DNA from: Octopus bimaculoides
Lineage: Eukaryota
Reading direction: 5' to 3'
DNA: 34,038 bases
Assembly (NCBI RefSeq): GCF_001194135.2
Contig: NC_068981.1
Span: 153,489,618-153,523,655, forward strand
Each line of letters begins with the position of its first letter. Within the stretch, counting starts at the first letter, position 1. The translations under genes and the position numbers were made by a program. Shown piece after piece: positions 33,828-34,038 of the stretch. The notes below the pieces were generated by a model, which saw only the letters and a program-made list of their open reading frames with translations, was not told where the DNA came from and searched no databases.

Positions 33828-34038
33828 CCTGTCTCCCACCACCACTTGATTACTGGTATTAGTTGGTTTACATCCCCATAACTTAGCGGTTCGACTTAGG
33901 CACCGATAAAATAAGTAACATGCTTTAAAAAACAAGTCCAGGGATCGATTCATTTGACTAAAATTCTTCAAGGTGGTGTCCCAGCCTAGCCATAGTCTAA
34001 TAATCTGAAACAAGAAAGAGATAAAATACAAAAGATAT
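33648..34038 (+). mobile_element. SINE family A, full length, diverged tail
   Basis: Colinear with 30486-30872 from head to A-rich tail. Confidence 0.9.

Overview
Animal genomic DNA from a gappy short-read assembly. N gaps almost always abut microsatellites. The repeat content looks like an octopod cephalopod (inference from recalled Octopus repeat families). The only convincing host coding sequence is one 176-bp + strand exon (20237-20412) encoding a complete LIM domain most similar to LIM1 of the Arrowhead/Lhx6-8 LIM-homeobox family. No LIM2 or homeobox exon is visible downstream. A CpG-retaining, promoter-like segment with a possible short first coding exon lies at about 4.3-4.7 kb. The rest is intron-like or intergenic. 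It holds dense microsatellites, three SINE-like families, a LINE 3' fragment, a tRNA-Asn pseudogene and a near-complete decayed Tc1 (DD34E) element. It also holds four inverted-repeat DNA-transposon derivatives: a mariner with a duplicated 5' end, a Tc1/mariner with a duplicated 3' end, a MITE with 82-bp arms, and a MITE with an internal 3x85-bp array. Nearly all ORFs in the supplied track are microsatellite or N-gap artefacts. I found no clearly new biological system. The best leads are a SINE/LINE shared 3' tail with a covarying hairpin, the fold-back transposon derivatives, and two unexplained short direct repeats.
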